Assembly (NCBI GenBank): GCA_964016885.1
Contig: OZ024748.1
Location: forward strand, 30,132,001-30,196,000
DNA from: Eledone cirrhosa
Taxonomy: Eukaryota
Direction of reading: 5' to 3'
Length of the DNA stretch: 64,000 bases
The notes under the pieces are model-generated. The model saw only the letters and a program-made list of their open reading frames with translations, had not been told where the DNA came from and searched no databases. Shown here one piece after another: positions 54,456 to 61,769 of this stretch (its first letter is position 1; each line of letters opens with the position of its first letter). A program made the position numbers and the translations under genes.

Positions 54456-56808
54456 TTACAGCATCTGAAGAAGAAGAAGCGTGTGTGTATGATAGACTAC
54501 TTCATAGATGTTGCCAAAGAATGCATCAATATTGGGAACTTTAATTCCCTTGTAGCTATTATTGGTAAGTACACAGTTTATAACCATGTGGCTGTGTGTG
54601 TGTTGTTGTTTGTGCATGCCTGTGTGCTTGTGTGTGTGTGTGGCTGTGCCTGTATGTAGTTGCGTGTGTGAGTGCATGTATGACAGTACATAGCTTAGTG
54701 ATTAGGGCATTTGGCTCAATAGTATGGCCCTCAGTTTATTCACTTTCCAGCTGTGCACCCAGCCCTCACTATAAATGAGGTTGGTGTTAGGAAGGGCATC
54801 CAGTTGTAGAAATCAAGCCAGAATCAGTTCCTGTATGAGCAAGGTAAGGTCAACCGACCGGACACTGCCCACAATAGGACAACCTCTCTAACCCATGCTA
54901 GCGTGGAAGAACGGACGTAAAGCGGTGATGATGATATATGTCCAAAATATATATATGAGTTAGAAGTTGGCCTGGCCACACATTTCTTCATCTCTCTTGA
55001 CTTTTGAAAATCATGAAATTTGTGAAACCAGTAAAGTCATAAATTATTGTAAATAAACCTTCTGAAAGACTTCAACTTCTTTTTCCTATATATATAGTGG
55101 TAGGAAACTCTCAGACGACTTGGACAGCATGAGGTCTTCAGAGCAGAAACCCCACTTAATTGAGTGTTGTGGCCCTTATCTTCTCATGATTAAGTTGATA
55201 TTTGAAACATACTTTAACAAAAATTTCTTACCTAAAATTATGATAGAAGGTTTAAATTTAATAGAATTATGATAGAAGGTTTAAATAAATGGCATTGTAT
55301 CATAAATCCAGGTGCAGTTTCCATTGGGTTGGTATAGAAAAGATTGGATCAAATTCTTTTTGTATTATTTTCATTTCTGAATATTTCTAAAAGAAGACAC
55401 CCTCCTAATTTCTTCCACCCCCTTTTTTTTCAGCTGGAATGAACATGAGTCCTGTTGCAAGACTCAAGAAAACGGTAAGACATTCCTCTTTATTTCTTTT
55501 ATCTTCTCTCGTATCAATTTACCATATTTTCTGGCATCAAAGATATTTCGTCATCAACACTCCACCATTTTGAGTTACTAAATTTAGAAAAAAAGCTTAT
55601 TATATATCCTTATTTGTAAATATTTATGAATATGACCATTACCACCACAATACATATGACCATTACTACCACCACCACCATGACCACCACAATCCATATG
55701 ACCACCACCACCATGACCACAATCCATATGACCACCACTATCATCGTTGCTGTCACCACCACCACCATAACCACCACTATGATCGTTGCTGTCACCACCA
55801 CCACCATAACCACCACTATCATTGTTGCTATCACCACCACCACCCTTCAGGTGAGAGTATCAGGGGGAGGAGATGAATCACAGAATGATTAGTTCTGTTA
55901 CATGCAACAATAAACCATTAGTCAACAGTCACTCACTGCCCTCTCCACATATTTCTGTGTGTGTGTATAAGTGTGTTTGTGAGGACATGTAAGATCATTT
56001 CGGCAAGTGAATGTGTGGGTGCATATGTGTAAGAGCACATATGTGTGTGTGTATGCCTCCTTGTACATGGTTAAATATTTATAAGGGTATGTGTGTGTGT
56101 GTGTTTATATATATCATCATCAGCATCATCATCACTATTTAATGTCCATTTTCCATGCTAGCATGGTGTGTGTGTGTGTGTGCGTGTGTGTGTTCGGGGT
56201 CAGGAAAGAGCAAATAAGGTTTATTTTTCAACCTAATCCCTGGAAATAAACAATGCAGGTGGCCGTATAACTGCAGAAAATTTTTTTTTTTAATTATTCA
56301 CTCTACATGGCTGAATACAATAAATGTAATCTTGAGTTTTTCGAATATTAATAATAATTGTTTCTACTTTAGGCACAAGGCCAGCAATTACCCAGTACAT
56401 TACTGGTACTTTATTTTATCGACCCCGTAAGGATGAAAGGCAAAGTTAACCTCGGCGGGATTTGAACTCAGACTGTAAAGGGACGTAACTATGCTAGAAA
56501 GCATGGCGTCCAACCCTCTACCGATACTGCCAATTCACCGCCCTCGAATATTAATAATAATAATATTCAATTCGTTTAGAAAATATATATTTTCCCTAGC
56601 TCTGACAGTTAGCAGGTGAACAGTGAACTGCACTGATGAAGGGTGATTCCCAGAAACATTGATGTCTGCAGTTCTGTTTACATGCCAACACAAAGGCAAG
56701 AATGAGGTGCTCATTCTACTGACATGGCTTTAAAAAAGAGGCTGTTTGCATAATTGCAAACGAATTGAATATTATTATTATTAATATTCGAAAAACTCAG
56801 ATTACATT

Positions 56809-56851
<43 letters not shown>

Positions 56852-59390
56852 GTATATATATGTGTGTATATATATGTATGTATAATGTATACAATAATAT
56901 TGTAATAACTCCTTTTTTTTTTATTGTAATATTCTAATAACTCCTTTTTTTTTTTCTTGAATCAGTGGGCAAAAATTAATAAAGACAAATTTTCAATATT
57001 AGAGGTAAGTGTTCCTCTGTTTTGTAATTAAAGGTGAATGTTTTCTTTAGAATGGTTCAGTTTTAGAATAATGGTTAAGAAGTTTGCTTTGCAATCATAA
57101 GGTTCCAGGTTCAATCCTACTGTATGACATCATGGACAATTTATCATAACCTCACATTAACCTATGTCTTGTGAGTGAAATTGGCTGAGCAGAAGCTGGA
57201 AACTTATCTGAAAGATAGACTGTACCTGTAATTCAAAGGGCCAGCCTTGACACATGTCATACTGAATCACCCTGAGAATTACGCTAATCCTTTTGATACT
57301 AATCAAGCCAAAACCAGCTCTAGTTCTATGAAACAAAGACCATACATTTTAAAGGGTTCCTATTTAAATTAAAATCTTCCAACATAATTTTATGTAAGAA
57401 CCAATATTAAATTACTGTCTTTAGATTTAGATATACGGTCACAAAAGAGTTGAATCCACATGACTGTGGAAAGTTCAACCACTCATGGTATGGACTCGTA
57501 ACTCCTGAGGGAGTGATAGTAAGATAATGGCATTTCTAGGGCATTTTTTAACCTGGCAGAGCCCAATCCTCTACAGGTTTGAATTAAATACAACAGATTT
57601 CTTTCAGAACTGGATAGAGAGTGAGAGAGAGATATAGAGGAAGAATCAACCCCAGTACTAGACTGGTACTTTTTTTACTGACCTCGAATGGATAACAGGT
57701 AAAGTTGACCTTGGTGGGATTTGAACTCAAAGAGCAGGAATAAATACTGCAAAGCATTCTATCTGATATGTTAATGACTCTGCCAATTCACCACATTACT
57801 TTTAGTTTATATTTAATCTTGTGTAATTAAACAGAAACAAATTTCTGAGTGCTTTTTTTCTTTTTTTATTGTTTTTCTTTTTTTTTCGTTTCCTTTTCTC
57901 AACAGCACCAAATGGATCCAACGAACAACTTCAGCAGTTACAGGCTGTGTTTAAAAGCTGCAAAGTGGCGTTCTGAAGGGGCCGTAGATGACAGAGAAAG
58001 GGTATGTTATATTAACCTCAATGCCTGTTAATTCTTAACATCCTGTAAAGATATAGCAAAAAATATCTAAAATAGGTTCATTAATTCAAATGTTTGAAGT
58101 ACTTTTACTACTGGACAGATCACTGTGAAAATTTGTAGTATCATCTCTTAACTCTTATTTTCGCTCCTTTATCTCTAACATATAAAGCAATTTTAACCAT
58201 AAATTAGAATAATTATTACAGATGATATTTTATGTTTCAGAGTAGAAAATATTTATAAATATGTGATTGTGATTAACCCTTTTGATGCCAACCTCTCTGA
58301 GACCGTCCCTCATACGATAATAAAAAACTGTTCATTTTAAAGTATTTTATTTCTATTTAAAGTTCTCAAAAATGTATATAAGAACCTTCTGTAATGTTTC
58401 AAAGAAAAGCTTCTTAATGGAGAAATTCTCAAAATTTTATGTAAAAATGTCCTATGTATTGTTCCAAACAGAAACTGCAAAATGAAGAAATTATCGATTA
58501 TTAAAAAATATGCATTTAAACACTTTCATTTGAAACATGATCACAGAAGGGTTAATATTTTTTGGATGTTTATTCAGGTTTACATTTTTTTTTTTTTTTT
58601 TTTTTCTTGGTTCCAGGTAATTGTACCATTCTTCAGCCTGTTTGTTAAAGATATTTATTTCTTGAATGAAGGATTTTCCAACAGGTAAGAATTAGTTGAC
58701 TGGATACTAATATAATAAAGCTCTTTTTATTATTTCCCAGAAAAGGGGCAGTGGATTGGCAGAGCATCGGACAAAATGCTTTGTGGCATATAGTTACAGC
58801 CCTTAACATTCTGAGTTCAAATGCTGTTGAGGTTAGCTTGCCTTTCATCTTTACGATGTCGATAGTTGATTTAATTGACTTACCTCTCTCTCAAAATTGT
58901 TAGGCTTCTGCCTAAATCAGAAAGCATTATTTCCTAGAAAAGGACAGTGGATTTGCCGTATTGATAGAGCATTGAACAACATGCTTTGCAGCATATAGTT
59001 ACGACCCTTTACATTCTGAGTTCTAATCCCACCAAGGTTAGCTTTGCCTTTCATCCTTATGGGATCAATAAAATAAAGTACTAGTAACAGACTGGTGTTG
59101 ATTTAATTGACTTTTCCCTTCCTTTCAAATTACTGGCCTTGTGCCAAAAGTAGAAACTATTATTTCCCAGCAATTGTCTTGTTTCACCCTCAGGAATTCA
59201 TTGCAACAGCCTGCTATGACAATAGAATACATATTCTCAACAGATTAAATCTATTAATATGTATTGAGTACTCACTTTACTTAAAACTCTAACTTACCAA
59301 TATATTTTTTCTCTCTCTACATTTTTTATTACAATTTTATTGGTTTTTTTCTCTTTTTTCAGAATGCCAAATGGAAATATTAATTTTGAA
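10328..59390 (+). CDS. RASGEF1B: Ras-GEF domain-containing family member 1 (RASGEF1B-like); partial spliced gene, 11 internal exons
   Basis: Joined exons give [26 protein letters not shown]...[33 protein letters not shown]...[96 protein letters not shown]...[32 protein letters not shown]. This matches the REM/CDC25 region of RASGEF1 proteins as I recall them. All junctions are GT-AG with matching phases. The A/B/C paralog label cannot be resolved for an invertebrate gene. Confidence 0.93.
10505..10700 (+). mobile_element. SINE family B (tRNA-like head, gcctttcatcc...gataaa core), degraded
   Basis: Homologous by eye to the cleaner copy at 63621-63808. Confidence 0.7.
11040..11126 (+). CDS. 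RASGEF1B: RasGEF1 exon b ([13 protein letters not shown]...MVPT)
   Basis: tttcattag| ... aca|gtaagt; 87 nt, phase 0-0. Confidence 0.85.
12095..12445 (+). mobile_element. Degraded 3' fragment of an RTE-clade LINE
   Basis: [14 protein letters not shown]..., LLLWEP...RGRPA remnants with frameshifts. Confidence 0.6.
12535..13612 (-). mobile_element. Non-autonomous Helitron, 3' part, containing a 93-bp tandem array
   Basis: Minus-strand end is the hairpin cccgagcaacgccggg followed by ...CTAG|T (12535). Same terminus as the element at 60361. 5' end not found. Confidence 0.7.
12803..13610. repeat. 93/91-bp tandem repeat, about 9 copies
   Basis: Unit gtgttttctaaatttaagacagtagggagtggtgtgatatgagggagagttagctgctgtttctagcaggtttagtgacctcatagaggatat. 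Confidence 0.95.
13617..14109. mobile_element. MITE with ~74-bp TIRs and TTAA target duplication (Kolobok-like GG..CC termini)
   Basis: TTAA|GGAGACCCTGACATTACTTAGGTGGGG... ...CCCCACCTAAGTAATGTCAGGGTCTCC|TTAA. Confidence 0.8.
14427..14771 (+). mobile_element. SINE family A (tRNA-derived head, ccttgagcaagacactt middle, RTE-derived tail)
   Basis: A box TGGCTTAGTGG, B box GAGTTCAATTC, (tga)n tail; five near-identical copies in the window. Confidence 0.88.
14775..15140. repeat. Compound (TA)nATG microsatellite
   Basis: Seen directly. Confidence 0.95.
15142..16042. mobile_element. 5'-inverted RTE-clade LINE fragment
   Basis: RT/thumb on + ([24 protein letters not shown]). The 3' end ([12 protein letters not shown], tagaa tail) is on - at about 15142-15310. 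Confidence 0.75.
16043..17048. repeat. Compound (TA)nATG microsatellite, ~1 kb
   Basis: Seen directly. Confidence 0.95.
17522..17838. repeat. Pyrimidine-rich degenerate repeat (ttctgtcttccttcaaaactgcc)
   Basis: Seen directly. Confidence 0.8.
17840..18190 (+). mobile_element. SINE family C plus adjacent SINE remnant (related copy at ~57070-57290)
   Basis: A-box-like tggctgtgtgg, B box gagttcaatcc; shares gactgtacctgtaattcaaagg with the 57070 copy. Confidence 0.65.
18962..19175 (+). mobile_element. SINE family B
   Basis: Homologous to 63621-63808. Confidence 0.75.
19571..20165 (+). mobile_element. Non-autonomous bipartite RTE derivative, family A (~590 bp)
   Basis: RTE-type 5' UTR (ctaggagaaggaaaactctgatataacacc) fused to an RTE 3' end encoding a C2H2 remnant (...[14 protein letters not shown]). 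Confidence 0.8.
20222..20822. repeat. Cryptic (CAC/TAC/AAC)n repeat
   Basis: Seen directly. Confidence 0.9.
21576..21641 (+). CDS. RASGEF1B: RasGEF1 exon c ([22 protein letters not shown])
   Basis: ttttctgatcag| ... ctg|gtaagt; 66 nt; LAQQLTxIE is the start motif of the CDC25 domain. Confidence 0.92.
21966..25289. repeat. 36-bp minisatellite, about 92 units, intronic
   Basis: Unit gtggagaccaagaacaccagacgtctcaatgtcaat, with occasional 30-bp variants. Confidence 0.97.
25574..25639 (+). CDS. RASGEF1B: RasGEF1 exon d ([22 protein letters not shown])
   Basis: ttttttag| ... ggt|gtaagt; 66 nt; IGxEEFV motif. Confidence 0.9.
26089..26308 (+). mobile_element. Short hammerhead-bearing repeat (Penelope pLTR or retrozyme-like)
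   Basis: Homologous to 56596-56810. Confidence 0.7.
26112..26161 (+). ncRNA. Type I hammerhead ribozyme motif (family 1)
   Basis: gaactgca CTGATGA aggctaatgccca GAAA cattagtg TC tgcagttc: 8-bp stem I, GUC site; A.A at the base of stem II. Confidence 0.8.
26644..26736 (+). CDS. RASGEF1B: RasGEF1 exon e ([31 protein letters not shown])
   Basis: ttcttccacag| ... tct|gtaagt; 93 nt; WFNRLSYxVATEIC motif. Confidence 0.95.
26789..27132 (+). mobile_element. SINE family A
   Basis: As 14427. Confidence 0.88.
27468..28719. repeat. 523-bp unit x ~2.3 in tandem, plus a terminal ~49-bp fold-back
   Basis: aaagaattaatatctag at 27471, 27994 and 28517; 28671-28719 is the reverse complement of part of the unit. 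Confidence 0.9.
28863..30752 (-). mobile_element. 5'-truncated RTE-like LINE with a PHD finger in the RT; internal in-frame deletion
   Basis: YKGKGD...NYRGIKLI joined directly to ...[16 protein letters not shown]4HC3 finger, [22 protein letters not shown]; (tga)n tail. Confidence 0.88.
31439..31505 (-). ncRNA. Type I hammerhead motif (family 2)
   Basis: Reverse complement of the 32792-32858 motif. Confidence 0.7.
32792..32858 (+). ncRNA. Type I hammerhead motif (family 2)
   Basis: ttttat CTGATGA aaacac...tgttttt GAAA tgcgca TA ataaaa; palindromic TGCGCA loop III; long irregular stem II. Confidence 0.72.
33222..33368 (-). mobile_element. SINE family B, degraded
   Basis: gatgaaaggcaagtttgacctcggcgggatttgagctcaga is the reverse complement of the family B core. 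Confidence 0.65.
33643..37826 (+). mobile_element. Near full-length RTE (BovB-like) LINE, inactivated
   Basis: RTE-type 5' UTR, single APE-RT ORF, 3' end ggccatactcgataacgagggggcagccatca. Confidence 0.9.
34018..37488 (+). pseudogene. RTE ORF: APE + RT + C2H2 fingers, in-frame stop at 35446-35448, terminal frameshift
   Basis: WNVR, ALSE, VYAPT, GDFNA, LDY, TDH; [32 protein letters not shown]; [21 protein letters not shown]. Confidence 0.9.
38090..39895 (-). mobile_element. 5'-truncated R4/Dong LINE (RT, CCHC, RLE), frameshifted
   Basis: [26 protein letters not shown]...[11 protein letters not shown], then RPDIMI...VEISCP in another frame. Confidence 0.88.
40008..40588 (+). mobile_element. 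Non-autonomous bipartite RTE derivative, family A
   Basis: Near-identical to the 19571 and 41125 copies; 3' part encodes [22 protein letters not shown]. Confidence 0.82.
40589..41042. repeat. (TATG/TA)n microsatellite
   Basis: Seen directly. Confidence 0.95.
41125..41732 (-). mobile_element. Non-autonomous bipartite RTE derivative, family A (inverted relative to the 40008 copy)
   Basis: Reverse complement of 40008-40588. Confidence 0.82.
42038..42653 (-). mobile_element. Non-autonomous RTE derivative, family B (5' UTR and 3' end of the 33643 LINE, no ORF)
   Basis: 42113-42385 matches 33643-33917 and 42038-42078 matches 37786-37826. 42468-42653 is a leader homologous to that of family A. 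Confidence 0.8.
42694..43895 (-). mobile_element. 5'-truncated PHD-RTE LINE
   Basis: ORF 43044-43838 has WPCSVC...[14 protein letters not shown]...FKCSSC, FCYLG and RRLRWYGHV. Confidence 0.88.
43898..45644. repeat. ~1.7-kb (TA/TG) compound microsatellite
   Basis: Seen directly. Confidence 0.95.
45866..46054 (-). mobile_element. SINE family B
   Basis: Reverse complement of the 63621-63808 type. Confidence 0.85.
46131..47674. repeat. 35-bp minisatellite, about 44 units
   Basis: Unit tccctaccccacccatagctcatacagcacactaa. Confidence 0.97.
48352..48844 (+). mobile_element. Two tandem 3' fragments of a Tx1-family LINE embedded in (TATC)n
   Basis: 48470-48600 aligns with the ORF2 end at 9657-9790; both pieces end gtgcccctgtggctaataaagaaa followed by (tatc)n. 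Confidence 0.85.
49001..49067 (-). ncRNA. Type I hammerhead motif (family 2), one stem I mismatch
   Basis: Inverted copy of 49194-49260. Confidence 0.62.
49194..49260 (+). ncRNA. Type I hammerhead motif (family 2)
   Basis: ttttat CTGATGA...GAAA tgcgca TA ataaaa. Confidence 0.72.
49540..49580 (-). ncRNA. Type I hammerhead motif, U3-A8 variant (family 3)
   Basis: atgccc TTGAGAA gcccaactgggc GAAA cgtacg TA ggtg; palindromic loop III; short, imperfect stem I. Confidence 0.62.
49920..50952 (+). pseudogene. Penelope-like C-terminal linker plus GIY-YIG endonuclease (no RT present; frameshift at C-run ~50042-50055)
   Basis: [14 protein letters not shown]...[12 protein letters not shown]...[16 protein letters not shown]...VIY...YIG...FKIRFRTH...CDLCLMEL...INSRAE. 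Confidence 0.88.
51246..51286 (+). ncRNA. Type I hammerhead motif, U3-A8 variant (family 3), G10.1->A
   Basis: atgccc TTGAGAA acccaactgggc GAAA cgtacg TA ggtg. Confidence 0.55.
51597..51872 (+). mobile_element. 3' UTR fragment of the PHD-RTE family
   Basis: Reverse complement of about 28863-29128. Confidence 0.8.
51884..52208 (+). mobile_element. SINE family A
   Basis: As 14427. Confidence 0.88.
52415..52609. repeat. Small fold-back: leader plus 55-bp arms (52493-52547 / 52555-52609)
   Basis: Arms are reverse complements with two mismatches; (TA)n flanks. Confidence 0.85.
52624..52957 (-). mobile_element. SINE family A
   Basis: Reverse complement of the 51884 copy. Confidence 0.88.
53250..54410 (+). 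mobile_element. 5'-truncated, degraded Tx1-family LINE
   Basis: Aligns with ~8841-9900 ([26 protein letters not shown]); ends aataaagaaa followed by (att)n. Confidence 0.9.
54462..54564 (+). CDS. RASGEF1B: RasGEF1 exon f ([34 protein letters not shown])
   Basis: ttttacag| ... attg|gtaagt; 103 nt; GNFNSL motif. Confidence 0.95.
55434..55474 (+). CDS. RASGEF1B: RasGEF1 exon g ([13 protein letters not shown])
   Basis: ttttcag| ... acg|gtaaga; 41 nt, phase 1-0. Confidence 0.93.
55625..55845. repeat. (ACC)n-rich degenerate tandem repeat
   Basis: Seen directly. Confidence 0.8.
56359..56543 (-). mobile_element. SINE family B with an 18-bp target duplication
   Basis: tcgaatattaataataat at 56341-56358 and 56544-56561. 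Confidence 0.88.
56625..56674 (+). ncRNA. Type I hammerhead motif (family 1)
   Basis: gaactgca CTGATGA agggtgattccca GAAA cattgatg TC tgcagttc; stem I extends (gtgaaca/tgtttac). Confidence 0.82.
56966..57004 (+). CDS. RASGEF1B: RasGEF1 exon h ([13 protein letters not shown])
   Basis: tttcttgaatcag| ... gag|gtaagt; 39 nt. Confidence 0.92.
57645..57795 (-). mobile_element. SINE family B, degraded
   Basis: Reverse complement of the core and B box (gatttgaactc). Confidence 0.6.
57906..58001 (+). CDS. RASGEF1B: RasGEF1 exon i ([13 protein letters not shown]...DDRER)
   Basis: tttctcaacag| ... agg|gtatgt; 96 nt. Confidence 0.93.
58617..58684 (+). CDS. RASGEF1B: RasGEF1 exon j ([22 protein letters not shown])
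   Basis: poly-T...ttccag| ... aacag|gtaaga; 68 nt, phase 0-2. Confidence 0.93.
58745..59160 (+). mobile_element. Two tandem degraded SINE family B copies
   Basis: Two heads (gcagtggattggc, acagtggatttgcc) and two gcctttcatc cores. Confidence 0.7.
59363..59390 (+). CDS. RASGEF1B: RasGEF1 micro-exon k (MPNGNINFE)
   Basis: ttttttcag| ... gaa|gtaagt; 28 nt, phase 2-0; matches the RLPNGHVNFE-type motif. Confidence 0.9.
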
Positions 59391-59561
59391 GTAAGTTTTA
59401 TTTGTTTTATTTGAAAAATTTATATGATTTCCAATATTTGTACTCCAAAATAATTTACTAAAGCATAAAACGTCATCGTTTATTTTATTATATATATATA
59501 TATATACATATTTATTATATATGTATATACATATATATTATATATATATATATATATATAT

Positions 59562-59621
<60 letters not shown>

Positions 59622-60251
59622 CGATAAATTAACGGAGCCATAGACTCTCGCTATTCCCTGTCATTAATGTGCTCAAAGGAGAAGGAATCCTGAGCCCTTT
59701 ATAATACAATATGTAGAAAGGATAAGACACCAGAGAGAGATAGTGCGTCATCAGTCAAACAGGGAAAAACCACCAGTGTATGGAATCTATAGATTCCTTC
59801 TCCTTTAAGCACATTAATGACAGGGAATAGCGAGAGTCTATGGCTCCGTTAATTTATTGTAATATTTCGCTCCTTATAACAGCCTCTCTTCTCTCTCTGT
59901 TTGGTTGAGCACACTTCTCTGAGTGGTTTGGGCTGCCCTTTCTAGCAGCTCGTCCCTCAGAGTCCACTGGTTACTACCCTAGGTACGCTGTGAATTCTTT
60001 CCCACGTGTGGCTGGATGGCTGCTCTAGATTCTTTTAGTGCTGTCTGATGAACCATAGGCTAATCATTTCTGTCAACAAATTAGTTGGATTTGTACGTGT
60101 GTGTTAGATAGTTATCAAGGTACGTATTTGCACTTTGATTTATACTTTTAATTATTGTGTGTCTACTTTACCTTCCATGGGCTATAGATTCCATACACTG
60201 GCAGTTTTTCCCTGTTTGATTGATGACGCACTATCTCTTTTCTACATATTG

Positions 60252-60257
<6 letters not shown>
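59622..60257. repeat. Interlocked inverted-repeat element in (TA)n
   Basis: 59622-59689 inverted at 59792-59859; ~59700-59795 inverted (with a deletion) at 60183-60257. Confidence 0.8.
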
Positions 60258-60296
<39 letters not shown>

Positions 60297-60360
60297 TATA
60301 TATATATATTATATTATATATATATATATATTATATTATATATATATATTATATTATATA

Positions 60361-61134
60361 CTAGCAGAATGGCCCGGCATTGCTCGGGATTTGCTACAGG
60401 GTTCTTATATATTTGATATATATTTATCCTTATCGAACCTCGGGAAATAAATACGTTTGTTTATATTTTGTTATTGTGTATGCAAAAATATCTGTCCATA
60501 AATATATAATTATATATATATATATATTAAAATAACAGACTAAAGTTTAAGCAAAGAATCACTGCTTTCACCCTTAACGGGATATTCTACCTAAAAGCAG
60601 TATGAAGTACATACACTAAGACTAATTGATGTAATCTTTGGCCTTGTTTGTTTATATTTTGTTTTTGTGTATGCAAAAATATCTGTACACGAATATCTAT
60701 ATTAATGTTTAAGCAAAGAATCGCTGCTTTCAACCTTAACGGGATCTACTTAAACTAAAAAAATCAATCTGGAAAACAGGAAGACGATACTTTGGTTCGT
60801 GAATACGTTCCCTGGCATAAGAATATATATACACACACACACTGATCGCGTCATAATGACGTAATGCAGTCAGTCATGCATACAGACAGATATTATGAAG
60901 GCGCGACGTCATATCTATGTATCTATCTAAAAAGAGAAAGACTAAGAGAAAGAGAAAGAGATCACTAAATCGCCTAATGCGTTCCCTAAGGCATCGAAAA
61001 TTTGAAATTTTCTTTGCTCAAAACACTTACGGGGTCATACGAGTTACATGTATAAAGTTTGAAAAAACCGGTTGGGTACTTCTCGAGTTTTAGGGAAACA
61101 GACACACAGACATCCTCTGTTTTATATATATAGA
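60361..61134 (-). mobile_element. Complete non-autonomous Helitron
   Basis: Minus strand A|TCTATATATATAAAAC ... cccgagcaatgccggg hairpin ... CTAG|T; no TSD. Confidence 0.82.
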
Positions 61135-61140
61135 TATATC

Positions 61141-61473
61141 ATCATCATCATTTTACGTCCGCTTTTCCCTGCTTGCAAGGGTGGGACGGGAACTGATTCT
61201 GGCTTGATTGCTACAGCTGGATACCCTTCCTAACACCAACCTCATTTACAGTGAGTGCTGGGTGCTTTTTTGCCGTGACACCTCCACGACCACTTTGCAG
61301 TGGAATGATATGGACCCCAGTCCTTATCATCTCATTTCTACAGCTGAGTAAACTGGAGCAATGTGAAATAAAGTGTCTTGCTCAAGGAAACAACACATCA
61401 CCCGGTCTGAGAATTGAACTCACAACCTTTCGATTGCAAGGCCAATGCTCTAACAACTAAGCCATGTGCCTCC
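61141..61473 (-). mobile_element. SINE family A
   Basis: As 52624. Confidence 0.88.
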
Positions 61474-61769
61474 ATTATATTATATTATTTGCCTTTCATC
61501 CTTACGAGGTCGATAGAATAAAGTACCAGTAATGCACTGGGTAATTGCTGGCCTTGTGGCTAAAGTAGAAACAATTATATTATATATATATATTATATTA
61601 TATATATAGATTATATATATATTATATGATATATATAGATTATATATATATATTATATGATATATATAGATTATATATATATATTATATTATATATATAG
61701 ATTATATATATATATAGATTATATATATATATTATATATATATATATCATATCATCATCATCATCATCA

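Larger units (their letters stand above)
56309..56810 (+). mobile_element. Hammerhead-bearing repeat with an inverted partial copy (interrupted by a SINE)
   Basis: 56596-56810 is homologous to 26089-26300; 56309-56577 minus the SINE is the reverse complement of the element's 3' part. Confidence 0.75.

Noticed and set aside
59740-60075. CTGATGA motifs (minus ~59748-59754; plus ~60045) as hammerheads
   Set aside because: No properly placed GAAA/UH or closing stems
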